Of a stretch of DNA of 64,000 nucleotides, positions 41,865-56,718 are shown one piece after another. The notes below the pieces were generated by a model. That model worked only from the letters and a program-made list of their open reading frames with translations. It did not search any database and was not told where the DNA came from. Location of the stretch: contig OZ024741.1 in assembly GCA_964016885.1 (NCBI GenBank), forward strand, positions 271,994,001 through 272,058,000, written 5' to 3'. How positions within the stretch are numbered: position 1 is the stretch's first letter; every line of letters begins with the position of its first letter. Position numbers and translations under genes: made by a program. This DNA is from Eledone cirrhosa (lineage: Eukaryota).

Positions 41865-41997
41865 GAATCAGAAACTGAGTTTCTTTAACTATTCTTCCAT
41901 AACTCGTTGAGTAACCCCTCACCGTACGTCGACTTTATCTAGTGTAGTAATTAACCATTACTGCATTCAGGATAATCCTAACCATTTCTTGCATAAC

Positions 41998-42153
<156 letters not shown>

Positions 42154-42295
42154 CGGATCTAGCTGTCGAAAGGGCCGGAGCTCACCCGTCGGGGTCCTGA
42201 CTCTTTTCCTATTACCCACTCTACTACCCTAAGTATCGAGTACTCTGGTGCGTTATGCTCCACCTGGTTCCTTACCACACTTTCTTTGTTATATA

Positions 42296-42342
<47 letters not shown>

Positions 42343-43058
42343 AGAGAGAGGGGGGGGGAGAGAATGAGAGAGGGTGACTAAAAGAGAGAAGAGAGAGAAA
42401 GAGAAATGGGAAAGTAAACTATGTTAAATTTAAACCCGGTTGTTGACTTGTTGAAGGCAAGTGATAAAGGAAATGGTGGTGACCTATCTATCACCAACGC
42501 TGCCATCAACACTGGAGTCTGACCTACTAAAGCTCATAGCCAAAATCTCTCTCAAACCAAACCTCCAGTAAGTTTAATCCATTCGTTACCATGTTTCTAA
42601 GAAAATATACTACCTTATATTCTAATAATTTGAATACAATAAAGAATTTGGAGGGTTTTTAATAATATAGTTAATTTTTTCATTTACTAAGAAAGTGTAT
42701 TTAAATCTCCACACGGTTTAAATACACAGCAAGTCTCCGAATGGCTAAATATCAGCAGAAGGGCACCCAGGAGTTATGACCTGGATGCGGTCTGGCCTCC
42801 ATAAAATGTAAAAAGTTAAGGGCAAAAACACTCGCTTGAGGGAGCGGGGTTCTGTTCTTGAGAGTTTCTTACCAACAGTTAATTTTCTCATTACTAAGAA
42901 AGTGTTTGAAACATAACATAAACTTTCACTATCATATTTCTAATGAAAGACACTCCCTATGTTGTTTAACCTTTCGTTACCATATTTCTAATGAAATACA
43001 CTGCTTTATATTCAAATAATTTTGAAAACAAACAAACATTCAAAAGGATTTAGTAATA

Positions 43059-43152
43059 TAGTGGAACCTCGGTTCATGAACTTAATTCGTTTCCGAAGGC
43101 CGTTCGTCACCCGAAATGTAAACCGAAACTATTTTTCCACATACGAAATGTT

Positions 43153-43186
<34 letters not shown>

Positions 43187-43412
43187 GAGAGAGGGAGAGA
43201 GAGAGAGAGAGAGAGAGACTGTGTGAAAGACAGGCAGATAGATATCACCATAGCAACTAACTACACAAGTGTCGCTTTCCTGCCGATACTCCCAGCTTAT
43301 TGCCAGCCGTTGTCGGCTTGCATGTTCGTTACTCGAGACACCGTTCGTCACCTGTGACGTTTTATGTTCGAAAAAATTGTTCGTGAACTGATTTGTTCGT
43401 GATACGAGGTGT
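43059..43412. mobile_element. Tc1/mariner (Tigger/pogo-like) MITE
   Basis: Left TIR ta-tagtggaacctcggttcatgaac; degenerate right end gttcgtgatacgaggt. Confidence 0.55.
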
Positions 43413-43607
43413 TCGAGGAAAGAATCGCTGGACAGATTTTACGGGAAACACCAACCGACAGGAAAACCAGGAGCAAGATGGTTGGACTCGGGGGTTCTCA
43501 CTTGGGGATCCAGCCAGATCAGTTGGAACTGATTGCTTCTGAGAGTACCTGGTGGAAATTGTGCTCGAGGACTCTGCTTCCGTGAGCCTCTCAAGAATAT
43601 GTATGTA

Positions 43608-43668
<61 letters not shown>

Positions 43669-43871
43669 ATGTATTTCATGAATATATACATACAGGTGAT
43701 TCAGTGAATTACTGGTGGTGGTACCAATGTGAGTACTCGATACACAGACAGAGCATGCGTAAATATATATACGTATGTATGAATATATATGCATACATAA
43801 TATATATACACACTCGGTACAGTATATGGAAGGTATATATTAGGCTAACGCTTGATATAGCAGGAAGAGGA

Positions 43872-43907
43872 TCTTAACGTTTCGGACGCTAGTCCTTCAT
43901 CAGAAGA
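43872..43907 (-). ncRNA. Minimal type I hammerhead ribozyme
   Basis: tctt-CTGATGA-a-ggac tagc gtcc-GAAA-cg-tt-aaga; palindromic aacgtt. Confidence 0.75.
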
Positions 43908-44739
43908 AAGAATGAGAAATAAAATAGATTGAGGGGACGGGCGGGATGGAATTGGAAAAAATGTCTTTAGACAAAAATAACAGGTCCATTCGTGTTGACA
44001 TTTCTTGCAAAACTGTTGGTGCTGGCGTTTTGTGTATGATTTGTTTTTTTTTTTAGAAAAGTGGATGATGGAGCGCGTCTACCTGAAAAAAAAAAAAAAC
44101 CGTTTTGTAAAAAGAGCTATACTTGAGCACGTGCGTAAGCTTGTGTGTATGTGTGTGTGTGTGTGTGTGTTATTATAGGTCCGTCCGAAGCTAAGAAGAA
44201 TACATAAAAAGTGTTAGAACTGGAAACAGGACAGGATACAGTACAGACATGTTGTGGTAAATGGTAATACTGAAGGGAGGGAGACATAAATAGACTTTTG
44301 TCAAAAAAGAGGAGAGTGAGAGAGGAGAGTGTGTGTATGTGAGAGAAAGAGAGAGTAAGGGAGAGTGTGTGTGTGAGAGAAAGAGGGGGAGAGTGCGTGT
44401 GGGTGTGTGTGGGAGAGAGAGGGAAGATGTGTGTGAAAGAAAGAGGAGTGTGTATGCGTGAGAGAAAGAGAGAGAAGGAGAGTGTATGTGTGAGAAAGAA
44501 AAAGAGAGAGTGTGTGGGAGAGAGAGAGAAGGAGAGTGTGTGAGAGAGAGAGAGTGTGTGTGTGAGAGGGAGGGAGAGTGTGTGTGTGAGAGAAGGAGAG
44601 TGTGTGAGAGAGAGAGAGAGGGAGGGAGAGTGTGTGTGTGAGAGAGAGTGTGTGTGTGAGAGAGAGGGAGAGTGTGTGTGAGAGAGAGAGACAAAGAGAG
44701 ACAGAGAGTGAGTGAGAGAGGGAGAGAGAGAGAGAAGGG

Positions 44740-44945
44740 AGGGTGAAGGTGTCTATGCCCTCCGGTGTTCCCTTTGCGGGTCCTTATACATCGGACAAAC
44801 GGGACGCCGTTTGGAGGACCGTTTTGCTGAACATTTCAGGGCCATACGACTCGGTATGGATACTCCCGTCGCCCGTCATTTCCGTTCTCATGGTCACTCT
44901 TCTCTACATGTCGCACTCCTGGGTGTCCTTTTACATCACAGATCT
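44740..44945 (+). pseudogene. GIY-YIG endonuclease fragment of a PLE
   Basis: GVYALRCSLCGSLYIGQTGRRLEDRFAEH...PVARHF. Confidence 0.85.
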
Positions 44946-45146
44946 TAATGAAAAATCTTAATGAAAAATTATTTGCCTATTCACCCAATGCGACTTCACT
45001 TTTTATTAGGACTTCTGCATCAATTAGTGAACATACGACGAAACTGTTTCAGAAAGGAGGGATAAACATATCAATCTATGTTTAGAATCCCGAGCAACGC
45101 CGGGCCATTCTGTTAGTATATATATATATAACCAAATTTAATATAG

Positions 45147-45330
45147 AAATGGCTTCGACAGTACTATAACTATTTCATTCGTATGACATCATGGGCATTC
45201 CTGATGATTTTATACGAATGAAACAGTTTTAGTTTTGTAGAGGCCATTTAAAAAAATAAAATTTCGTTGTTCTCACTTTACTTATGTATTGAGTACCTTA
45301 TTTACTGTGGTTACTCTTAATTTCACTCGG
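45147..45330. mobile_element. Old short fold-back pLTR fragment with HHR core (45201-45227); related piece at ~7655-7710
   Basis: Imperfect palindrome 45147-45249; CTGATGA-ttttatacgaat-GAAA-cagtt. Confidence 0.5.
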
Positions 45331-47052
45331 GATCCACACACACACGAAGTGAAGCGAAGTTAGTAAGTGTTAAAGATGAAATAGCACGACAAAATAATTG
45401 GTTTCGTTTAAATATAAAATTTATGGCCGCCAAAATACTGCGAGTGGCTGGCGGCACCCTTTGTAAGAAAAGTTGTTTTAAGATGGCCGGCTCCAGAACA
45501 TTAATATGTATTTAAAGGAAAACCAAAGGGATTCAAAACATGTTATATTCTACTCTCGGGTCTTAAATAATAGGAGGGGGGGGGGGGCGGTTAGGATAAG
45601 TGGGGGTGGGGGAATCGGTAATTTTTCTAGGTCGTCTTCGTTGGTTTTTTTTTAAAAACCAGAATTAGTCATTTAGCTTACATATTGAGATCCCCAACCC
45701 ATCCTATTTACTTTATAACGTATGGGATTTCTAGTCATGTATAATGTTTTTTAATGTCTATAGAAAATTCATTCTCGCAGGAATGCTATCACTTAAAATA
45801 AAATTTCGCTGGAGATAGATTATGAAAATTTAATAAGCGGGAAGCTGAAAAAAATCTGAAAATTTAATAAGCGGGAGAGGGGATGGTTATTTGGTGACAA
45901 GAAGTAATAATTAATTAGCCTTTTATCTCTTCATCAGCAATAATAAATGCAATAATGTCCTGTAGAGTGGAAAAAAAGTGAAATAATCTGGGATGCCACA
46001 TGCAGCGGCAACCTGGTGTAGCCTGCGACTAAGTCAGGCTCTGATGCACTGGAGGGTAAACTCTCCAAATATTGGTCGCTCTCTGATAGGTTTGTGGCCG
46101 AGCTCGTGGCAGTGGAGACTTCTGGTGTCCTTGGCCCTAGGGTCACCTCCTTACTCACCACCATCGGCACAGAGTTGGCTACCCGCAGATGTGAGCCTCG
46201 CGAGCTGGAATAGATCTTCCAGCGCGGCTCTCCACCATTCTCCTTGGAAACGCCTTCTCTGTTCTGTCCGCGGGGCAGCCAGCGCGTGGGCCCCCATTTT
46301 CTCATAATAGTGAGAGATGGGGAGAGCGGGAGAGACGGAGGCAGTGACAGTGGAAGTTTGGTTCTTTTGTATTCGGACCTTGTGTGTATGTATGTTTCAC
46401 GGACACACACTCATAGAAAACTAATTAATTCATCAAAATTTCTTCTTGTCATCGAAATGTACGCAAAATATAAAATATGTCATGAAGCATTGCAGACTCT
46501 TTGGTTTTCATTTATATATAAAGAAGTTAAGGGCCGAAACACTTCATTGAGAGTGGGGTGGAGGTTTCTTCTCTGAAGACCTTCTGCTGTCCAGCTATCC
46601 TGAGAGTTTTATACCATTATATTCAATTAAGTAGTGAGTCTTGTTACTCTGAAGTTTCACCGGCGCACTTAGACATAAAACTGTATTCCAGTATTGAGTA
46701 CTCTTTCTTCTCGCCCGTCAACTACATATGGATATATCTAATATATATTTGTGAAATGGGTGGTGGTTGAAATTCAGTTGTGCACGGTTAAATGGTAGTA
46801 GACGTGGTCGGACGGACATGAAAATTTACACACCTATGTAAAAATGTAAAAAGTGCCAAGGAATCAAATAGACGAGGTTTCAAATCTCTAACTTGAAAAA
46901 TGTGGTCCCTGGGGCCCCAAAACGGTCTATTTACTATCGCGTTCGGTGAGTTATTTCCCCCTGTTCTAATACTTGGATGAGTTATTTACAATTTCATACA
47001 AATAAAGTAGTAAATAAAGGATTATGAGTTCCTGCAATTGACTTATGTTTCG

Positions 47053-47088
<36 letters not shown>

Positions 47089-47647
47089 GAAAACGCTTTA
47101 ATAAAAAAAAATATCAACTGTAATGTATGTATGCATGTATTTATGTGTTTATATGAGCGGGGATATGCAAGTAAATCTTACTTTGTGGACAGCTGCCCCT
47201 TAGCATAGTATTCATACTAGAACAGCATATATTTGAAAGTTTTCAGGGAGTTGAATTACTGATTTTGGATCGGCAGCTTTAGCTTTGAAAAAATGAAATG
47301 TGCAGTGTAAACATTTTTTATTATTCCTCCGGGGATGAATCTTCTCTGCCTTTTTCCATCTCTTTCTTTCTCTCTGGAAGAAATCAGCCGTAGTAAGACT
47401 TAAAAAAATGGTTAGATACACCATGACGCACCGTGTATCACCGTGGAGTTGAAAAGCAGACTCAGAACATGGCGTTGTGTGGGGTGGATCGCAGCCCAAT
47501 GTTTCAGGGTGAGCAAAAGAAGAAGAAGAAGAAGGTGTGAGCTGGAGTCCTATCAAATATGTAGGTTGTGTCTTAAATTGAAGGTTTAGTAGAAACAATT
47601 CATGTATAGTTTTGTACTCTTCTTTTTGTCATTCATATGTAAACAAA

Positions 47648-48699
47648 TCTACTATATAAATTGGAAGTGGTCGGACGTTGTATATGTAGGTGTAGTAGGA
47701 TATACGTCGAAACGGCTTGGTGGAATGCAGCGAAAATTTACACAGTTATGCAGAATGACCCGAGGAGGCGTTGGGTCGACCTTCAAGCTACAAGCTTCCA
47801 TGGTTACGGAGAAAATCGATGAAACAGGAATTTCCCATTCAAATTGAACTGAGAGTAATCTGTGAACGCAGAAGTAAATATTTCGAGAAACGTTGCAACC
47901 GAAGGAAAACAGGAAGACGATATTTTGGTTCGTGAAGATGTTCCCTGGCAATGAACGGGAAAAAAGCGAGGATAATACGTCGTTATGTGGAGCGTAAAGA
48001 ACAATTTCATGCAAAGACAAGACCAAGTTTATGGTATAAATGGAGTCGTTAGACTAATATTCTATTTAAAATAACAGAATGATTTCCAGCGCCGGAGTTT
48101 AAGAATGATGTAAATAAAATTGAAAATGACAGAGGTCATTAAAATAGTAAAAGTAAATAGTGTAGATTTAGGCCAGTACATACGTATGCCCCGACGAACA
48201 TACACATACATACGCACACACAAATACATACATACCCCCACACACACACGAACGCACGCGCGTATGTATAAACCTTATGCATTTCTACAGTATTTTCACC
48301 AAACTTAAGACATAGGTTACTCATGTACTCCGGATGGTCATGGGCACTGTCATTTTCCCAGATATTGATTATAGGCCCCCCCGGCGGATAACCCCTTTAA
48401 CCACTTCCTTGGAATCGACTGAAGCACGGCAGTGCAATGCAACAAAACGTCATAACTTCTGGAGTTCGCAACCGATTTTCACAAAACTTGACACATGGGC
48501 TACGTTTGTCCTACAGATGAATGTGAACTCTCAGAATTGGCACATATTGGGTAGGGGACCCCTGGGGGCAGGAACCCCCTTTTGGAAAAAGCCGATGATT
48601 TTGTAAAAGTATAGTTTTAGAAGCAGCACTGAAGTATTGACATAAATGGTATACATAACTGCTATTTAATATCCGAACAACGCCGGGTACCTCTGCTCG
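47648..48699 (+). mobile_element. Non-autonomous Helitron-like element with a nested family E pLTR fragment (~47860-48120, -)
   Basis: A|TCTACTATAT start; ccgaacaacgccggg hairpin plus degenerate CTCG|T end. Confidence 0.55.
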
Positions 48700-48802
48700 T
48701 ATATATATATTTGTAGAAAGGTTGCTTGGATGCGTCCATAGGAGGTATGCCGGTTGAGCACTCATTTTCCATATTATATATATACTGTATATATAGATAG
48801 AT

Positions 48803-48875
48803 AGGGTGTCCCTCCAAAATGTATACATATATTTATTAAAAAGGTGTTGAAGTGTATATACATTTTTAGGACACC

Positions 48876-48878
<3 letters not shown>
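48803..48878. mobile_element. Tiny Tc1/mariner-type MITE (related piece at ~2983-3042)
   Basis: Terminal inverted agggtgtcc..aaaatgtatac / gtatatacatttt..ggacaccctg with TA flanks. Confidence 0.55.
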
Positions 48879-48910
<32 letters not shown>

Positions 48911-48945
48911 AATATATATATACATACACACTCATATATATACAT

Positions 48946-48976
<31 letters not shown>

Positions 48977-49725
48977 CATACACACACATATATATATATA
49001 TACATACACACATATATATATACATACACACACTCATATATATATATATACACATACACACATACGTATTATCATGTAGCTATTTTTCATAACATAATTT
49101 AAATATTTACATAAATCTGAAAACAAGTAACAAAAACTAAAAAAAACAACAGCAAAACAATAAAGCATGCGACAAGCCATGGAAGTTGATAGCTCTGTCT
49201 TTCTATCTATCTGCCTCTCTTTCTTTCCCAGTCTGTCTCTCTGATTGTCTTTATTTATATCTCTCTATCCACATAGTAAAAGGGAAACGGAAGAGCGTGG
49301 GAAAATACGACTGTAATGCTTGTTCTCTCTCTCTCTCTCACTTTAACATTTAGTGAGAAGCCAAGTAAAGCTGCTTGTCAGTGGTGACATGGGTTTTAAA
49401 GAGGCCACCCCTCGCACTGTGATTTATCTGGCTATACACTTGTTCGACAGCACCTTATAACTAACAAGTGAACCCAACCCCCACTTCCACCTGTTTTTTA
49501 CTTACTCACAAACCTTTCACACGGGGGGCTTCTTAGTTTTACATACAAACACACACATATTTATATTATATATACAACTTTTGTACATAACATTGGACAC
49601 GAATGTAATAGGGCACTTTATGCATGAATTTTTATAAAAAAACATACCTATTACATATAGTATATATACACACAACTCTAGTCCTTTACATGGATATGTA
49701 ACCCTTTATACATACATACTCAAAG

Positions 49726-49768
<43 letters not shown>

Positions 49769-49816
49769 AACTCTAGTCCTTTACATATATATGTAACCCT
49801 TTGCACATACACACTC

Positions 49817-49853
<37 letters not shown>

Positions 49854-51020
49854 ACTATAATCCTTTACATGGATATGTAACTCATTGTATATACACATTC
49901 AAATATATATATATATATATATAGGTGTGTACATAGATATATCAGTGTATATCGAATACACATAGGACATGGTTCTCAAATCTATTCACTAACGTTCAGC
50001 TATTTGCTATAAACTTTCTAAGTTGACACCCAAGTGAGTACATTTTGCTTTCCATTTTCTTTCGTCTTCTCTCCTTCGTTAGTTCACACATTTCCGAACT
50101 GTTTTACTTAACATCGATAATAATTTCCTCAGAGAAAAGGCATGAGTGCCACAACATTTCATCTTACCTTACACCAAAAGAAATAATCTTTATTTAAAAT
50201 CAATTTAAATTATTTCAAACCGCATCTGAAAAAAGTTTATTCATATATTGTGTTGTTCAGTGACAAGCTATCGATCTCCTGAAATACCGTATCTCATGGT
50301 AATACACTTGGTAAATATTCTATGAATTATATTCACTTCCATTTACAACAACAATAATAATAAATGTTATGTTATCTGCCTAAGTCCAAAGAAGCCCCAA
50401 TATCCTTAACTTCGTGATAAACTGAAATCAGTGATCGATTGAATTTCCTAGTGGCAGCATGCTATTTCAACGAATGACATGAATGAGCGCCACCCAATCT
50501 CATTTCATTTCCTATAAATATGTGTACGATCTTGTGACTAAGGAATAATTAAAGAACTTGATTAACTAAAGTCCGTCTCTTCGTCTCAATTTAAAAAAAG
50601 TTGACACCATTTATTTTTCTACCTCCTCTCAGCAATATATATTTGAGAAAAAAAGACAAAAAGACATGAAGTTCATATTACATATTTTCTCATCACCTTT
50701 TCCTCCATAGATTGAAGACTTCTTGTGCTTTATAAAATAATAATAATAAATTTACATCTTATTTTGTTTGGAGCTAAGTGAATTGGAGTTATAATTCATA
50801 TTTGGAGAACAACTGTCACACAACCAACAATTTTCCTTACCTGAAACAAACAACAAATCTCGGGCATTATATATATATATATACGCAAACACACACACAT
50901 ATATATATATATTTACACACATATACATTATATATATATATATATATATTTACACACATATACATTATATATATATATTTTACACACACACACATATATA
51001 TATATATATTTTTTTTTTTT

Positions 51021-51052
<32 letters not shown>

Positions 51053-51253
51053 TATTGCTATCTAAAGGTATGCAACCTTGTTACCTTCCTCGTCGTTTCA
51101 TTTGACAAAATTAACTTATCAATCTATTTCACTTCACGCTGCTATTTGTATTTACGAAACGAATGAATGAATGAACACCACAGCTTCCCATTTCTGCTTC
51201 TCTAAGTGAAAAAAACAAACGAAACAACCGGAATCTTGAAATCGAATATTGAC

Positions 51254-51465
51254 ATCCTGGTGATCGATAAAATAAAATACCAGTAAAATACTGGTGTCGA
51301 TACATAATCGACTTTATCACTCTTAATTACTGGTCTTGTGACTAAATTATTATTATTCATCCTTACGGGGTCGATAAAATAAAGTACCAGCAACGCACTG
51401 GGTCGATTTAATCGACTTTCCCCCTCTTCCCATATTGCTGGCCTTGTGCCTATAGTAGAACTCAT
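51254..51465 (+). mobile_element. Two tandem SINE 3' halves
   Basis: gtcgataaaataaagtaccag core and ggccttgtgcc tail. Confidence 0.75.
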
Positions 51466-51758
51466 TATCGTTTTCTTATATTCGCAGCTAGTTGACGTCT
51501 GCTTAAATTCTACTCAGACCCTCCCTCCTTCTGATTTCACTACAGTTAAGTCGCGAACTATTTTTTTTTTTTTTAAACGTGAGATTATTTCAAAAATGTC
51601 AAATGTTTCATTAAAGAAATGCATTTAGAATAACGACAGTGACTGAATTATACATATATACATTATATATAAATATATATATACACACACAGAAAATTTC
51701 GTTTTATCCAACTGTGTTTCATAAATTTTTGGACACACACACACATTTAGATATCTAT

Positions 51759-51830
<72 letters not shown>

Positions 51831-52671
51831 AAAGTGAGAAACAATAGAAACTAAGAGGAAAAAAATTAACTGGGACAGTTGCCCGACCTTATTTTGTACA
51901 CAATAACAGATACATATCTACTTCTACTCCACTCATTGATATATAAACATGTCCACTGAGTAGGTTGCTGTTATGTATGTATGTATAGAAACTGCTTGAA
52001 ACGGACGTCCTAGGACAGACTAAAGCTGCTTGCTTTGTTGGCATTCCTTAATATAATCCTTTCTTGTTACATTTTAAAACATTTTCTGAGGTCTTGTCAC
52101 GGGACACACACATATATATATAATGCAAAAATAGCAAAGATGAAACATGTAGTCATTTTATTCTACTGACACATGTTTCTACAAGCAATAATAAAATAAA
52201 AACTTTGCTCAAGTTACATTATGTATTTATATATCGCTTTCGGCGAGTCATTTAGGTTTCGATTCTCGAGTGACTGAAATGAACTCTCGTTTCATTTGTC
52301 TTATGGCTTTCAAGAAAGGAATGAACGATCCGACATCCCATTTTCTTTTTCTCCTCTCTTAACTGAAAAACAAAATCTCTTTGGGTCGGCAAAAGCCTTT
52401 TCATGTTACTATGTTAGTTATATTGTTTGATTGCATTGGAAACGGCACGAATGTTCCAACATCCCATCTGCGTGTGTCTAGTCAAAGGAAATCGATGATT
52501 CCAGCGAGCCAGTTTCGATTTCCAATTGAAACCAAATCCATTTCGTTTGCACCCTTATTACTTAATGCCCGAGAAAAGTTTGAACATCACACAAACTCCT
52601 TCCCTTATAAATGTCTAACCTTGTACTCTTTCTCTTGACGAAGTGATAAAAAATTAAATTCTCACTCTTTG

Positions 52672-52704
<33 letters not shown>

Positions 52705-53357
52705 TAGATAGATATATAATATATGGGTATACATCGAAGCTGGAGCTGGAATAGGGCAGAGACCAATCGAATTATTTGGGGTGGTTACAAAGCACTCAAT
52801 GGTGCGAAAAATTAATACATTTCTCAACCAGAGTTAATAGATAAATATAGATATATTTATTTAAAAACCGAACCCTTAATTATGTGACGACTGTCATACG
52901 GGGTGTTACCCCTCACCTACTTTAAATATGAAGAGCCAACTTCAGCAGTAGCAGCAGCCCTTTACAACGGTCAACTTCATTTGAAAATTAACAAGTACCG
53001 TTTTCCTCCTAAACACCTGTTGTTACTGTATAACCACCGGTACATACAGGTAACACACATGATATTTTCAACGAACTTTCGAAGCCGTATTAATAAATGA
53101 AATAAATGAATGAAATTTGTTAAGAGAAAATAAAACCTTTTAAAACCAATGTTAATATAATAATTTATATAGAACATAATTTAAAAAATCGTTTAACTCG
53201 ATTTAAAGTTAAAAAAAAAAAATTCAAATTATCGTTGCTGAAATAGACCCTCTTCCTGCTGTCAAATACTTGCTTTGGATCAAATTTTCTTCTCTATATG
53301 AAGTTATGTTTTAGAATTTTAGTTTGTTTTTCAAACCATACATACACCCAGCTTGTA

Positions 53358-53390
<33 letters not shown>

Positions 53391-53443
53391 ATTACAACAA
53401 TGATATATACAGGTACTGAAGTTTCGTTGGATTTGTTTATAAA

Positions 53444-53493
53444 ACCGGCTGAATGAGTTGGGGTGTATAACCCAACGAAACTTAAGTACCGGT
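53444..53493 (+). ncRNA. Type I hammerhead (one extra A in core) within a short fold-back element (53392-53560)
   Basis: accgg-CTGAATGA-gttggg..cccaac-GAAA-cttaag-ta-ccggt; inverted partial copy at 53392-53430. Confidence 0.65.
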
Positions 53494-54468
53494 ATATATC
53501 ACTTTTGTAACTAATTCTACTTAACTCGTCCTATGGACTGAGTGCTCTTACCCTTGGATATTTCTATAAAACTTGTACTACAGTGCGTGTGTGTGTGTGT
53601 GTATATATATAATCCAAATTACCTTTTATCCAGAAAAAAACTAGTAATTGATATAAAGTTACCTCTAATTTGTTTTGGCAACAGTTAAGAGATATCATAT
53701 CTATATATATGTATTTATTTTATATATATACACATACATACACCTGTTGATTATTTTTGAAAGGTGAGAAGCTAAAGTGGAAGACAAGACGATAATTTAT
53801 TGATATATTATACTTGGCATGAAATATATATATAAAAAAAAAAAATACCCCTTCCCTTCCCAAAAAAACAAATGAAAAGTTTGTTAGAAAATTTTGGAAA
53901 TTAAATCCCGTTTCGTGTGTGTTGATCTGGCAGTGTAGAAAAACAAGACTAATTAATATAACAGCCTTATATTAAAATATTTTGCCAATTGTTAGTCCAT
54001 ATCAGAATCTACTGGCACTAAGGAATTTTGATGCAAGGTTTAAATGAAAATATAAGATTTCTTGTAATATTTTGTTATTGCATAAAAACATTATTTTGCT
54101 CCATGAAAATAAAATAATATATATATAAAACGGACAAAGAATAAATAATTATATTAAAAGGAAGCGATAAAATTATTAAAGATTTGGACTTCGATAAAAC
54201 AGAAAAAGGATAAAGTTTTATATATAATTCTTAAACTACAGAAAGTAGTATAAAAAAAAAGTCACCAGAAATTTAAAAAAGTGCGAGTTTGATGTCGTTG
54301 GCAGATTTCAAGGAATCCTCACGTGGTTTCTGGAAAATGTGGGCCTCTCAGAGTTTAAGGAAGAAGTAGTAAGAAGTCTGTCTGACACAAAAAAGAGTAA
54401 GGGCTGCTGCTTTAAGCGCGGGCTCTTTCTTCTACTAGCAGACAGAATCTCAGAAATATTTTGGTGAG

Positions 54469-55332
54469 ATGGAGGAGGGTGTTGTAGGTGGTGCTAGTGG
54501 AGGTGGAGTGCTGTTGCCCCGCTCTATTAACAGTAACCACCACAACCAACATCAGAAGTCCTCCCGACTTCAAGTCCCTCTAATGACGACGACGGTGGGG
54601 AGGGGACAACAGCTTAATAACCCGAAGGAAGATTTTAACGGTTACGTCGGTGACAGAGAAAAAAAGAAGACGAACAAGAAGAATAAGAGAGAAGTAGAGG
54701 AGGAAGAGGTAGTGGAGGAGGAAGGAGGCAAATGTAATAGTGTAAGCAGAGGTGGTAAGAACAACAGTAACAGCAACAACAACAATCATCCTAGGCAGTG
54801 CACACAATCTACTGACGTTGTTCGTGCACCCTGTAAACGGCAGCCTTCTCTTTCACTCTACCCGTTTCAGCCGCCGCGTTATTCGTCTACACACGGTTAC
54901 CAGCCCGTCCCTTGCAGACCCTACATACGTTCAACATCTGTCTCATCGCCGTCTATACCCTCATCGGTAAAACAACAGCAACATCATCAACAACAACGGC
55001 CACAACGATATTCTGTCATCAACACCATTGACAATAACAATCACTTCAACAACAACCACCATCATCCTCATCAACATCACCACCGCCACAGTGCGGGGAC
55101 TCTGACATCGGCAGAGTCTGGATCTTATACAATGACTACCAGTCATGTTGACTGGAGTAGCGAGCATGGAGGCAATGGAAATTCAATTGGAAAAGTCTAT
55201 ATATTTCTCATCCTTGGAATTATCATTATTATGTCAGGTATTATTATCGGCGGGTTTTACTTGAACATTCAACAAATCACCACATCTTCAAACCTTACAG
55301 AAGTTATTCCTACATACGTGAATGCCCTATCG
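54469..55332 (+). CDS. Probable first coding exon of a host membrane protein (long low-complexity N-terminus plus transmembrane helix)
   Basis: 288 open codons from ATG, with E/N/H/Q homopeptide runs and hydrophobic VYIFLILGIIIIMSGIIIGGFYL. A strong phase-0 donor CG|GTAAGT lies at 55332/55333. No downstream exon was identified. Confidence 0.75.
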
Positions 55333-55830
55333 GTAAGTTGCAATTCTTTCTTCCTTTAACTGATTTATTTTATTTCGCTAACACTTTCATACTGTCTATC
55401 TATGTATCTAGCCATCTAGATAGATATATAGATGCATAACTAAGTTGAAACAAAGCAATCAGCCCAAGACAAGTTACAAATACCTATACTACATACACAC
55501 ATACATATATATATATTCTTTAAATATCTCTTATGTGTAATATATTACAATTTTATTTACAGTTGTATAAATAACACCATATATTGTCCACAATTCTTTC
55601 AGAATGAAAATATAAACACAAATACAACCAACTATTGCTAACACAACGCATAATACGCACACACACACAATCACATTTATATATATATATACACATATAT
55701 TATACACTCTCACATATATGTAATATATATGTTATTTATTGTCGGAAATACTTTCAGTTGTGTGTATATTTGCAGTCAAAATGATAAAGGTAGCTAATGT
55801 GCGTGTGTGTATGTACACACACACACACAC

Positions 55831-55864
<34 letters not shown>

Positions 55865-56718
55865 ATCTGTGTGTATTTTAGTTTTATATGATTAGCCCTA
55901 AATACACCATAAGTCGTTATCTTAAGATAAACATCATGAAGAAAAAACCTATTAAGTCGTGAATTTCAGCAGGCATTAATAAGAATAAAATATAACATTT
56001 AGCTTCAAACAGATACCTCAATTTGGTATCCAAGACTAGGGTGACATATTTGTATCAATATTTTGGGCAATTTGTGACCCCTACAAAGATACTTCTGGGA
56101 AGGGTCCGTATTTTTAAGGCTTAGGCATATCGGGTCCTCGGACATATAAGACGCCTCTCCCAATTTCAGCACGGATTATTAAAATGAAAAAAATATATAT
56201 ATTTAGCCTATCTTATACCTCAATTTGGTATCCAAGACCAACGTTACTTTGGTATAAACATATTCCTTAGTGGCCTTCCACCACCCACCTCTTTTTATTT
56301 CTCTCTCTATCTTGTTTTTGTTTCTTAACTGAAAGGAGTACTAGATACCTCCCCTAACCTGTCATGACTTACTAGCTCTATACCGACGTTTAAATTGAAT
56401 AAAATAAATAAATACATACAATGTTGGTATCCATTCTTCTCTCAACATAGACGTTTAACAATAGTTCGTGGTGGTGGTGGTGGTGGGAAATAAAAGGGAT
56501 TGTTGGGAGAGAGACAAGGTTAGAATCCACTGGTTTAGACCCTGCCCCCCTTCACACTGTTTAGTCGGAGAGGAAAGGGCAATGTCCGTGACCCTCGCCG
56601 GAGCATTGGTTACATACGGGGGTCACAAAGTCTCCTCAAACCGAAGAAAACTTTGCCCGAATGCTTGCAACAGAACGGGATTCCGCCAAATCATCATCAT
56701 CATCATCATCATCAATAT

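Noticed and set aside
45934-46410. GC-richer 158-aa minus-strand ORF
   Set aside because: No recognisable domain or splice signals; probably a retroelement 5' remnant, but unassignable.
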